From Bdellovibrionales bacterium (GTDB lineage: Bacteria; Bdellovibrionota; Bdellovibrionia; Bdellovibrionales; UBA1609): a stretch of 64,000 bases of DNA. This document shows positions 1 to 9,267 of this stretch, piece by piece. The position numbers and the translations under genes were made by a program. The stretch covers positions 1,536,001 through 1,600,000 of the forward strand of contig OZ241456.1 of the NCBI GenBank assembly GCA_965200875.1. The letters run 5' to 3'. Every line of letters begins with the position of its first letter. Within the stretch, counting starts at the first letter, position 1. The notes under the pieces are model-generated. The model searched no databases and was not told where the DNA came from. It saw only the letters and a list, made by a program, of their open reading frames with translations.

Positions 1-129
1 TCATAGATTGCTTTTCCTCAGATTTAGGAATTCTGTGACGCGATTTTTTTCCGACTTCGACACAACCCGATGAGTAAAAAAAATATTTTGGTGTTTTTTT
101 TATCCTTCTCTGTTCTCTAAGAGAGACTT

Positions 130-219
130 ACTCGATACAGAAGGCTTTGGAAGATAGAAGAGGCTTTTCGTGTGTGCAAACACAACCTCAAGATGAGACC
201 CATTTACCATTGGAAAAAG
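130..219 (+). pseudogene. IS1634-like (IS4 superfamily) DDE transposase fragment
   Basis: Reads TRYRRLWKIEEAFRVCKHNLKMRPIYHWKK, matching the Y-x3-W-x-IE-x2-FR-x2-K-x2-L-x2-RP-x2-H catalytic-Glu region. In-frame stop at 118-120 and similarity is lost downstream. Confidence 0.7.
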
Positions 220-324
220 AATATATTTCGGGCTAGCGATTTAAGGGAACAAGATCAACATACAAGTCAACTTGTTACTACGGAAGTGTTAAAACCCTTT
301 GAGACTAAAAAAACTCTTATAAGA

Positions 325-537
325 TTAATCAAGATTCAATTTTTTTTTTACTTTTCTCATATCTTTAGACAAGAGCTTTATAGTCGCTACAATAAATTTT
401 TGCTGTAAGGTCACATTATCTAAATCTTTTTTCATAGCATCAAAGCGTTTAAAAATAAATGACAAAAAACCTAAAAGACAAACCACAACACTCGTAATCA
501 CCAAAATAACTTCAACAACATTAAATCCCATAAACAT
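325..537 (-). CDS. Small membrane protein (N-terminal TM helix plus coiled-coil tail)
   Basis: 70 aa, hydrophobic VVEVILVITSVVVCLLGFLSFIF, AGGA SD, 11 bp downstream of the 549-779 gene. Confidence 0.55.
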   Translation of the reverse strand: MFMGFNVVEVILVITSVVVCLLGFLSFIFKRFDAMKKDLDNVTLQQKFIVATIKLLSKDMRKVKKKLNLD

Positions 538-548
538 TTTTCCTAAAA

Positions 549-779
549 TTATGAATACTCAAAAGTATAAATAGAATATACTGGGCCAGGAGTCTTTTGC
601 CCGCTAGGGTTTCCATCAACCTGATGATTTTTTGTTTTATAAATATGTTCTAAAGCCAGAGCCTCTTCATAAACTAAGCCTGTCTCGATAATCCTAAAGT
701 TAAATATAACCCGACCCTCACGCTCCCATTCCTGTTTTCTCACATAAGGATTACGGGAAGTCATGCCAACATATTTCAT
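549..779 (-). CDS. Tiny GIY-YIG-like protein (possibly circularly permuted)
   Basis: ATG 779 with GAGGGG SD. Motifs YVGMT..NP..R, EALALE and C-terminal GPVYSIYTF. Upstream sigma70 promoter. Confidence 0.6.
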   Translation of the reverse strand: MKYVGMTSRNPYVRKQEWEREGRVIFNFRIIETGLVYEEALALEHIYKTKNHQVDGNPSGQKTPGPVYSIYTFEYS

Positions 780-825
780 AAACAACCCCTCATAAAGTCA
801 CTCATATTATACGATTGGAAAAACA

Positions 826-854
826 AGGCTACAACCCATAATAGGGCTTGTCAA
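826..854 (-). promoter_or_regulatory. Sigma70-type promoter for the 779/537 two-gene unit
   Basis: Minus strand TTGACA-17 bp-TAGCCT. Confidence 0.6.
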
Positions 855-1146
855 TTTTTTTACCGTGGTTTTATTAAAATTTTTAGCTTTCAGGAATATG
901 ATGATTAGAGAAAAGTCAGAGAAGGAGATATTTTTTAAGACATAAATAATGATGAAGCTCTCGAGAATCGACATAGGCTATAAAGCCGTCAATATAAATA
1001 ATAGTTTTCATAATTTTAAAACGCGAAAGCAGGCTTACGCCCGCTCGCACCCACCAATCGAAACGAGTGGAGATATCAATTTACTAATGTAAGTGTTTTT
1101 CAAAATAAGTCAAAGAACAAACAGCTTTTGAACAGGGTGTTCTTAT

Positions 1147-1203
1147 CCTCCAGTGCCTCCAAACCCCTACCTCCAGTGCCTCCAAACCCCTACCTCCAGT
1201 GCC
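1147..1203. repeat. 23-bp tandem repeat, ~2.5 copies
   Basis: CCTCCAGTGCCTCCAAACCCCTA at 1147-1169 and 1170-1192, partial third copy. Confidence 0.9.
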
Positions 1204-1238
1204 CCTAGTACCCTAATTCAATTCCCTCAGTATCCTGA

Positions 1239-1296
1239 AAAAATAGTATTTTTTAACTATTTTTAAATTGATTTTGGATAAAAAACGGCGTAAAAT
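1239..1296 (+). promoter_or_regulatory. Promoter (likely leaderless transcript) with upstream inverted repeat
   Basis: TTGATT(1268)-17 bp-TAAAAT(1291), ATG 6 nt after the -10, no SD. IR AAAAATAGT-N8-ACTATTTTT at 1239-1264. Confidence 0.55.
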
Positions 1297-1302
1297 GGCC
1301 AC

Positions 1303-4300
1303 ATGATATATAAAAAACGAATTATTAAATTACCAGAAAACAGCCATACTTTTCTGTTTGGTGTACGGGGAAGTGGAAAAACCGCACTTTTAAATAAGAG
1401 ATTCCCATCTCAACAGTCGCTACATATTGATCTATTGGATGAATCTCTTTATCAAAGCTACCTTTCCAATGTAGCGCAGTTTTATGAAACAATAAGTGCT
1501 TTTGAAAAAGGTGGTGTGATTATTGTGGATGAAATCCAAAAAATGCCTGAGCTTTTAAATGAGGTACATCGCCTTATTGAAGAATCTTCCAGAGGGGAAG
1601 CCCCTGCACGCCAGTTTATTTTAACAGGTTCTAGTGCACGAAAGCTCAAAGCACCAGGGGTAAACTTATTGGCAGGAAGGGCTGGTAAAACGGCACTTCA
1701 TCCTTTTGTTCCAGAAGAGTTGGGCGAAGACTTTAACTTAAACAGTGCTTTAAAATATGGTCTCTTACCTATTGTGTGGTCTCATCACGATAAAGAATTA
1801 AAATTAAAATCTTATGCTGAAGAATATTTGAAAGAGGAAATTCAGGCCACAGCTTTAGTGAAAAATTTACCAGGCTTTGCACGATTTTTAGAAGTGGCTG
1901 GCCTTTATCATGGCCAAGCTATAAATATGAGTGCTATTTCAAGGGAGTGTCAAACTCCTAAAAAAGCCGTACAAAACTATTTTTCCATATTGGAAGATAC
2001 CCTCTTGGGCTTTTTCCTGCCTGCTTACACTCCCCGGTTACAGCTGAGAGAGAGAAAACACAAAAAGTTTTATTTTATTGATCCAGGATTGGCCCGCACT
2101 GTAAGAAAAGACTTTGGACCTGTATCCCATGCAGAAAAAGGCTCCCTTTTTGAAGGGCTGATAGCTCAAATTTTACGAGCTTATAGGGATTATCATTCTC
2201 TCTTTGAAGAGATGTATTATTGGTCTCCGGTGGATTCCCAAAAAACAGAAGTGGATTTTCTGTTAAGAAAGAGGGAGGATTTAATAGCCATTGAAGTCAA
2301 AGCTCGTACCCAAGTTTCTTCTTCAGAATGCAAAGGTCTTAAAGCTATTCAAAAATTGCCGGCGGTTAAAAAAAGAATTTTGGTTTATATGGGAGACACC
2401 ATAAGAAGATCAGAAGATGGTATTGATATATGGCCATTTGATTTTTTTTGCCAAAATCTTCAGGAAGGAAATTTTAATGCGCCAGTTGTTTATACAAAAA
2501 AAAGTAAAAAAAAACCTGAGCTTGGTTTAGCTATACCTTCAAGTAATAACATTTTCACTCCACGAGAACTACAGATTCCCCCTCCAGCAGATGAAACAAA
2601 GTTTGAACAACTGTGCCTTGATTTATACAAACAAGAGTTTGGAGAACCCACTCAACTACATAGTAGCAAGGGCCAAAGCCAACAAGGAGTGGATATTTTC
2701 AGTCAATACGAAGAATCGGAGGGTAGTATAGGTATACAGTGCAAAAAAAGAGAGTACCCAACTGGGAAAATCACAGAACAAGAATTACAGGAAGAAGTGG
2801 AGAAAGCAAAAAGTTTCGAACCACCTTTGAAGAGATTTATTTTAGCCACAACTTGCAAAAGAGATGCCAATATTCAAAAGACTGCGCGTCTTCTTACAGA
2901 AAAGCATAGTAAAAACAATCTTTTTTCTGTGGAAATACACAGCTGGGATGAAATCAAAGAGCTTTTAAGTAAATACCCTAAAGTATATCAACAGTATTAT
3001 GGAACAACAACAGATAATATTGCTTTAAACAACCGGGAATATGCAAAAAAAACAACATCTACTCACTCTTTTAATTTAGACACAATAAAGGAGATAAAAA
3101 GCGAAAATCACCACGCAGAACTTAAAAGAATACAAAAATTACTTAATACAAACCCAAAGACAGCTCTTATTTCATTGGAGGATATTAAAACAAGAGAATG
3201 GGATAAATTAAACAATAAAGTAAAATACAAAGTTTTAATTTATATGGCTGACGCAAAAGCCAAAATGAAGGATAGAAACACAGCTTATGGTTTGATTATT
3301 CAGGCTTTGCAGTTCAATAAAGAGGATGAAGATGCCCGTATGAATTGTGCTTTTGCTTATTGGATGAAAAATAATATAGAAAAATCCAAAGAATATCTTA
3401 AAAAAACCAGAGAGCTCAACCCTCACAACATATCAGCCTGTAATTTGGAAATACAAATCCAATTTAAAGAAGGAAAAAGTATTAAAGAAATTGTGGCAAA
3501 ATTGCCTGAAGATATAAAAAATCAAGCGCAGATAGCTCAATTACTGGCTCATCTCAGTATAAATCAAAAAGATTATCAATCAGCAGAAAAATGGCTGAAG
3601 ATTTTTTATAATAACAGAGAGAAAAACGAAAGTGGGGGTTGGAAAGAAATAAAAGATGAGGCAATCTATGCAGATCTGTCTTTGAACTTGCTTTTGGCAA
3701 AGCCAAATGTTTTTTCAGGAAGACGAGTCCCGGAGAATTTAAAAGAAAAGCTTAATAATATTATAAAAAATTATAAAAAATTAATTACAGATAACCAGTT
3801 TAGCGAATTAAAAGAATTTAACCCAAATTGGTACTTACATTATGCCCTAGCCCTTGAATTAAGTGGAGATCTCGATAAAGCCATTCAGATTCTTCAAACA
3901 GGCATTGATGCCTTTCCAGAAGATGAATATCTAAAATTAGAGTTGAGTCGTCTATTTGAACAAACAGAAAATATAACAAAAAGTATTGAAATATTGGAAA
4001 AACAAATTGGGTTACATTCTTCATCTTCAACAAGTAATATCTCTGTTAAAACCGAAGATGCAAAGTTCGAGCAGTTACATTCTTTTCTTTCAAAAAAAAC
4101 TGATACAACCCAAGATAATATGTCGGAAAAACCTGTTACTTGGGCTTTAATATTAACTGACCTTTATTTTTACAATAATCAAAATGAAAAAGCCTTGGAA
4201 TTATTGAACCAAATAATAAAAAATCCTTCTATGGATCAAGAAGATAATTTGGAAGTGGAAAAATACCAAGTCTTTCAGTGGCTTCAGGCTGAAAACATAG

Positions 4301-6585
4301 AGGAGGCAGAAAAAACATTAAACTCTTTTTTTGAAAAAAACCAAGATGATGTATCCACTTTAATTTTAAAATCTAAATTGGCAAGGGCTAAAACAAAAGC
4401 CCTTGAAGGAAAAACAGAAGAATCCAAGGAGCAGGAAAATATAAGCATTCAATCTCTTAAAGAGGCTTATAAGGTGTTTCAAAATAAAAACTATAGTGAA
4501 GAAACAAACAGTCCTTATTTTGAAAACAGAGAGTGGTTAAGAGATATTCAGCAACTTGCTCAAGAGCTTGGTTTAGCTAAAATGTATAAAGAAGTTGAAC
4601 CTCTTTTGGAGAAAATCACAAATCAAAACCTCGATCACCCTGAGATTTTTAAATTGCTTCATGCTTACTTTGAAAATGGCAAAAACAGGAAGGCCATTAA
4701 ACTGGCAGAAGCTTTGCTTAAAAAATTCCCGGATAGAATAGAACCAGCCAATACCTTGTTTCTTATTTATGAAGACTTAGGGGATAGAGAAAAATCCATT
4801 CAATATTATGAAAATTTTATGCAACACAATCCTGATAACAGCCAGATGAAAATAGAACTGGCTTTGACTTATATAAGAAATGAACAATTAGATAAAGCTA
4901 AAGCTTTATTAAATTACACCTTTAACTTAAGTCAGTTATCTGTAAATGAGATATGCCGGCTCGCACTTGCTTATAACCACACTGACCATCTAAAAAAAGC
5001 TTTGGATATGTTATACCAAAGCCTTAAAAAGTATCCTTCCAATTATGACCTGCAACAATTTTATTCAGGTTTATTCTTTTTTAGAAAAGAAAAATTATTT
5101 TTAACTTCACCAAAAGAAGTCGAAGTGGATTGTTATGTAAAAATTCAAGAATTGAACACAAATGAAATAACAGAAATAATTATTGAAAAAACACCCGATG
5201 AAAAATCAGCAAATATATATACCCCTAATCACCCTTTTGTTCAAAAATTTTTGAGGAAGACCATCAACAGTGTAATTGATCATGCAAACAAACAATATAA
5301 AATTTTGAAAATAAAAAATAAATATATTCAAAAACTTCATGAAATCACTAATAATGCCGAAAAAAGATTCCCTGTAAAACCTTTTATCAAAACAGCTACA
5401 GTGCCAAAATTGGCTACAAAAGAAGATATAGCTCAAGCTCTTAAACAAGTGATTCCAGATACAAAGAAGCATAAAGAAAAAGCATTTCAGTATTATGCAG
5501 AGGGAAGAATGACTATTGGCTATCTGTCGAATATTATCGGCCTGCACCCTATTGAAACTATGGATTTTCTATGGCAATCTTTAGAGCACAAGTTTATATC
5601 TTCCCTTCCGGGTTTGGAAAATTATAAAACTTCACAGGAAATTCTTAATAAAAAAACAGATATTATTATAGATCTTACCTCTCTTTTTATACTGCATTCA
5701 ATAAAAATGGAAAAACATTTTGAAGATAGTCCTTTTAAACTTTATATATGTCCATCCACTATAGAGTCCGTAAAAGAACTAATACAAAAAATGCAACAAC
5801 ATTCTCAAGATGGATTACTTATGGGTGGTTTTGATACGCAGGGTAAATTGATCACTAACCATACTCCTCCAGAAATCATACAGAGAAATCTGAATTTTTT
5901 GGACAATATGCTAAAATGGGCTAAAGAGATTTGTGCCATTAAAACTGTACCAGTGGATTACATCCAGAGTCGCCAAGAAAAATCACATATTGAAAATATT
6001 ATCGGAAAAGAATTTTTAGACCCTTTACTATCATCTCATAATCAAAAAAACATCATTCTGTTATCTGAAGATGGAATGATAGACGCTTTATCCAAAAATG
6101 ACTTAAATATTTTCAGAGTGCGTTTATGGGATATAATACAGTTTTTTAAAAGTCAGTTAATTATAAATGATAGTCAAGCTTTGCAATTCAAAGCTAAACT
6201 GATTCAGCTAAATCAAACATATATTCCAGTGGATCATGAGCTATTGCTTGTTTTATTAAAACAAGCTGGCTATTCCCTTACTGACATTGGTTTTCAAAGA
6301 GGCTTATATTTTATGGGGCCTGTTTCCAATCTACCTGGAGTGATTGAGGTTTTATCCCAATTCCTTAAGGATTTGTTTCTAGAACCAGAACTTTTACTGT
6401 ATCATAAAGAGTTGATTACACAAGAAGTATTAAATAAAGCTTATATGGGAAGAAGAAATATCACACCTCTTGATATAGCCATAAAGCTTAAGCAATCGAC
6501 TCTGGCTAAAACCTTTTTACTGCCGTTTCAGCAAAAAGAGATAGAAAACAGTATTGATTATTGGCTAAAAAATAAAATATATTGA
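1303..6585 (+). CDS. Multidomain protein: AAA_14 ATPase + DUF4143 + restriction-endonuclease-like + TPRs + GreA/B-C-like + PIN-like
   Basis: Walker A GVRGSGKT, Walker B IIVDEIQ. DUF4143 KFYFIDPGL/LFEG/EVDF/IEVK. REase FEQLC..GVDIF..IQCK. Many TPR-like helices. GreAB-C-like TPNHPFVQKFL..YKILKI. PIN-like IIIDLTSL...LLSEDG. Confidence 0.8.
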   Translation: MIYKKRIIKLPENSHTFLFGVRGSGKTALLNKRFPSQQSLHIDLLDESLYQSYLSNVAQFYETISAFEKGGVIIVDEIQKMPELLNEVHRLIEESSRGEAPARQFILTGSSARKLKAPGVNLLAGRAGKTALHPFVPEELGEDFNLNSALKYGLLPIVWSHHDKELKLKSYAEEYLKEEIQATALVKNLPGFARFLEVAGLYHGQAINMSAISRECQTPKKAVQNYFSILEDTLLGFFLPAYTPRLQLRERKHKKFYFIDPGLARTVRKDFGPVSHAEKGSLFEGLIAQILRAYRDYHSLFEEMYYWSPVDSQKTEVDFLLRKREDLIAIEVKARTQVSSSECKGLKAIQKLPAVKKRILVYMGDTIRRSEDGIDIWPFDFFCQNLQEGNFNAPVVYTKKSKKKPELGLAIPSSNNIFTPRELQIPPPADETKFEQLCLDLYKQEFGEPTQLHSSKGQSQQGVDIFSQYEESEGSIGIQCKKREYPTGKITEQELQEEVEKAKSFEPPLKRFILATTCKRDANIQKTARLLTEKHSKNNLFSVEIHSWDEIKELLSKYPKVYQQYYGTTTDNIALNNREYAKKTTSTHSFNLDTIKEIKSENHHAELKRIQKLLNTNPKTALISLEDIKTREWDKLNNKVKYKVLIYMADAKAKMKDRNTAYGLIIQALQFNKEDEDARMNCAFAYWMKNNIEKSKEYLKKTRELNPHNISACNLEIQIQFKEGKSIKEIVAKLPEDIKNQAQIAQLLAHLSINQKDYQSAEKWLKIFYNNREKNESGGWKEIKDEAIYADLSLNLLLAKPNVFSGRRVPENLKEKLNNIIKNYKKLITDNQFSELKEFNPNWYLHYALALELSGDLDKAIQILQTGIDAFPEDEYLKLELSRLFEQTENITKSIEILEKQIGLHSSSSTSNISVKTEDAKFEQLHSFLSKKTDTTQDNMSEKPVTWALILTDLYFYNNQNEKALELLNQIIKNPSMDQEDNLEVEKYQVFQWLQAENIEEAEKTLNSFFEKNQDDVSTLILKSKLARAKTKALEGKTEESKEQENISIQSLKEAYKVFQNKNYSEETNSPYFENREWLRDIQQLAQELGLAKMYKEVEPLLEKITNQNLDHPEIFKLLHAYFENGKNRKAIKLAEALLKKFPDRIEPANTLFLIYEDLGDREKSIQYYENFMQHNPDNSQMKIELALTYIRNEQLDKAKALLNYTFNLSQLSVNEICRLALAYNHTDHLKKALDMLYQSLKKYPSNYDLQQFYSGLFFFRKEKLFLTSPKEVEVDCYVKIQELNTNEITEIIIEKTPDEKSANIYTPNHPFVQKFLRKTINSVIDHANKQYKILKIKNKYIQKLHEITNNAEKRFPVKPFIKTATVPKLATKEDIAQALKQVIPDTKKHKEKAFQYYAEGRMTIGYLSNIIGLHPIETMDFLWQSLEHKFISSLPGLENYKTSQEILNKKTDIIIDLTSLFILHSIKMEKHFEDSPFKLYICPSTIESVKELIQKMQQHSQDGLLMGGFDTQGKLITNHTPPEIIQRNLNFLDNMLKWAKEICAIKTVPVDYIQSRQEKSHIENIIGKEFLDPLLSSHNQKNIILLSEDGMIDALSKNDLNIFRVRLWDIIQFFKSQLIINDSQALQFKAKLIQLNQTYIPVDHELLLVLLKQAGYSLTDIGFQRGLYFMGPVSNLPGVIEVLSQFLKDLFLEPELLLYHKELITQEVLNKAYMGRRNITPLDIAIKLKQSTLAKTFLLPFQQKEIENSIDYWLKNKIY

Positions 6586-6639
6586 CTATGGCCTGCCTGA
6601 AACAACATGTTCTGATAGAAGACATAAGCGGGAGCTTTT

Positions 6640-6945
6640 TCATAAGCACTTTTTTAATGCCTGCTCCAACAATCTTTTCATTAAGTCTGGCAATTCATCT
6701 TTAACGGCTTGTTGACATTTTTCACGAAAATCAGGGGCAGTATTTTCATTCATACAATAAGAGCTTATTCTCGCTCCACTTGCTTGATCACCCCCTGTAC
6801 AAGGTAAACTGTTAAACTGTGATTCCATACAAGAACTAACCCGACTCATTTGTCGCTCACAACTTGGCACGCCATCACTACAACCTACAAAAAATAAAAA
6901 CAAACACACACAAAAACCTGTAAATAAAATATCGGTTGTTTTCAT
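6640..6945 (-). CDS. Cys-rich putative lipoprotein
   Basis: Signal peptide ending FFVG-C, multiple Cys, AGAGG SD. Confidence 0.6.
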   Translation of the reverse strand: MKTTDILFTGFCVCLFLFFVGCSDGVPSCERQMSRVSSCMESQFNSLPCTGGDQASGARISSYCMNENTAPDFREKCQQAVKDELPDLMKRLLEQALKKCL

Positions 6946-7029
6946 AAAACACCTCTGATTGGAAAATATAAACTTTAAAGGAAGAGATTACCATAAAAAT
7001 CTATAAAATCAATAAGCTTTTACGGATTA

Positions 7030-7338
7030 TTTTTTTTTCAAGGAGGCTAAGGATTTGACAACGCGTCCTATTTTGTATATTTTAAAACATATATGGCGAC
7101 TGGATGAATCAAAAAAGAAATTGAAAAAACCACAGTGAAAGAGGAGGGAAGAATTATGATGCCATTATTACAATGTTCATATGATGAGGCCATAGAAAAA
7201 GGCATGCAAAAAGGCATAGAAAAAGGACGAAAAGAGCTGATTGCAAAATTACTTAAAAGTGGTGTGGATTTGCAGGTTCTTTGCAAAGGCACAGGGCTTT
7301 CCGAAGAAGAAATTAAAAAACTTAAAAAGGGCGACTAA
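7030..7338 (+). pseudogene. Rpn/YhgA-like (PD-(D/E)XK) remnant; C-terminal ORF 7156-7338 intact
   Basis: Typical Rpn tail EKGMQKGIEKGRKELIAKLLKSG...TGLSEEEIKKL. Upstream frame-disrupted fragment DLTTRPILYILKHIWRLDE. GAGGAGG SD before ATG 7156. Confidence 0.65.
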
Positions 7339-7477
7339 GAATGCAGATAGTTTTGGAATGTCAAAACAAACAGTGGGTACAATAATTTCTGTAGATTCTG
7401 TGGTAGCAGGAAGACTCCTTGGAGTATGTAAAATCTGTACATAAAAAATACAAAAACCGGATCAAAGAGGTGATAAA

Positions 7478-8491
7478 ATGGCACAAGCAGATTTGTTGGT
7501 GGAGCTGATAAAAAGTGCCAGTGATGGTGATCAAATTTCTTTCCGTAAAATTTCTGAAGCTTTGATCCAAGAAGAAAGAAACAAAGGCCATAGAATACTG
7601 GCAGATCGTTTAATCAAAGCGTTGCGACCTAAAAGTTCCACTAGTTCCCATACTTTCAAAAAAAATGAACATAATAATAATATCCATAAAAAATTTATTT
7701 CTGAAATAACACCGGAAAGAAATTTACACAGCTTGATTTTAACACAAAAAACTCATGATCAACTCAAAGAAGTAATTGAAGAGCAACATAGATCAGAATT
7801 ATTGCATTCACACAATCTGTCTCCAAGAAATCGTTTGTTATTTGCAGGCCCTCCCGGCAACGGTAAAACTACTTTGGCAGAAGCTTTGGCTCATGAGTTA
7901 ATGTATCCTTTGTTTGTTGTCAGATATGAAAACCTAGTTGGTAGTTATTTAGGCGAAACTTCCGGCAGGTTGAAACATCTTATGGATTATGCCAAAACCC
8001 AAAGATGCGTTCTGTTTTTTGATGAGTTTGAAACTCTTGGAAAAGAACGCGGGGACACACATGAAACCGGAGAGATCAAGCGGGTTGTAAGCTCTTTGCT
8101 TTTGCAGATTGACAGCGTGCCTGATTATGTTGTTGTAGTGACGGCAAGCAATCATCCTGAATTGCTGGATAAGGCAGTATGGCGTCGTTTCCAAGTAAGA
8201 ATTAAATTACCCACCCCCACACAAAAACAGCTGTCCCAGCTTATTCAGTCTGTCAGTCAGCGTTGTAAAATAGATTTTGGATACACGCCGGATACTTTGG
8301 CAAAATCCCTAGTGGGAACTAGTTTTTCTGAAGCAGAAGAGTTTTGTTTGGATATTGTGCGTTTTGCTGTGCTGAAAAGACAAACAAAAAACTTGAAGAC
8401 AGTTACTAAAAACAAGCTGGAACAATGGCGTAGTCGATTGAATCCTCCAAAGAACGATCAAAATTGCAGTGGAAAAAGCCACAAACCATAG
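7478..8491 (+). CDS. AAA+ ATPase, IetA-like (usually paired with an S8 peptidase)
   Basis: GPPGNGKT, FFDEFE, SYLGET, DTHETGEIKRVVSSLL, LDKAVWRRF; N-terminal ADLL...EER.KGH.ILADRL; GAGGTG SD. Confidence 0.8.
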   Translation: MAQADLLVELIKSASDGDQISFRKISEALIQEERNKGHRILADRLIKALRPKSSTSSHTFKKNEHNNNIHKKFISEITPERNLHSLILTQKTHDQLKEVIEEQHRSELLHSHNLSPRNRLLFAGPPGNGKTTLAEALAHELMYPLFVVRYENLVGSYLGETSGRLKHLMDYAKTQRCVLFFDEFETLGKERGDTHETGEIKRVVSSLLLQIDSVPDYVVVVTASNHPELLDKAVWRRFQVRIKLPTPTQKQLSQLIQSVSQRCKIDFGYTPDTLAKSLVGTSFSEAEEFCLDIVRFAVLKRQTKNLKTVTKNKLEQWRSRLNPPKNDQNCSGKSHKP

Positions 8492-8558
8492 AGATCATGA
8501 ATTAACTGTTCTGATGATTTTAAATTTCCAAGTTTATTTGACATTCCACAGAGCCTTG

Positions 8559-9137
8559 TTAAAAAGATAGATCATTTAAAGTATCTTCAGCCTCATTTAT
8601 TAAGTCTGCATCTGAAAATTCTGTAATAATCTGGCGATAAAGACGAATAGAATCATCAATTTCCCCTCTTTGCTTATGGATGTTTCCCATAATTAACAGA
8701 GAATAACCCAACCATTTGGAGCGTGAGCGAGGAGCATATTCCCTCAGACGATCAATGACCCGCTCGCTACTATTGAACTCCCCTTCGTAAAAAAGCCCCT
8801 TGGCCAATAAATAAGAAGCTTCCTCCATGTAACCGGTATAAGGATATTGAGTTAGGAAAGTGGTTAAGGTTTTATTGGCCGATTTGTAATCTTGAATGAT
8901 ATGCCATCTTCTCGCTGATTCCATTATTTTTTTTGCGCGGGATTCAATTTCAGCAGTATATAAAGTATAGGAGGCAATTTCCCTTCTGTGCCAAAAAGAA
9001 CTTTTACGAGGAAAAAAACAAGCCGAAGAATCCTTAAACCAACCCGGAAAAGGCCCACAAAAAGATAAATAACCAACTAAAAAACAAGCCAGCACCAACA
9101 AGAAAAAAAGAAGTTTTTTTTTAAGTATTTTTTTCAT
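8559..9137 (-). CDS. Membrane-anchored TPR protein (CpoB/BamD-like TPRs)
   Basis: N-terminal TM, FLTQYP..EASYLLA and YRQIITEFS TPR patterns. Confidence 0.65.
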   Translation of the reverse strand: MKKILKKKLLFFLLVLACFLVGYLSFCGPFPGWFKDSSACFFPRKSSFWHRREIASYTLYTAEIESRAKKIMESARRWHIIQDYKSANKTLTTFLTQYPYTGYMEEASYLLAKGLFYEGEFNSSERVIDRLREYAPRSRSKWLGYSLLIMGNIHKQRGEIDDSIRLYRQIITEFSDADLINEAEDTLNDLSF

Positions 9138-9267
9138 TTTCAAGATTCAAAAAACCCTTTACACTTATCGGATCAATTAATAAAAAACCAAAGAAACATT
9201 TTTCCAAACTGCGAAAAAAGAAATTTACTAGAGAACACCCTCGCTAAAAAGCTAATGGTAAAAAACT

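Noticed and set aside
172..408. 78-aa ORF as a real gene
   Set aside because: Only its first ~16 codons belong to the transposase fragment; the rest overlaps the opposite-strand gene.
960..1075. GC-richer intergenic patch that might be tmRNA or another ncRNA
   Set aside because: No tRNA-like ends, T-loop or convincing tag frame could be found.
1147..1203. Possible CRISPR array
   Set aside because: Units are contiguous with no spacers, and no cas genes are in the window.
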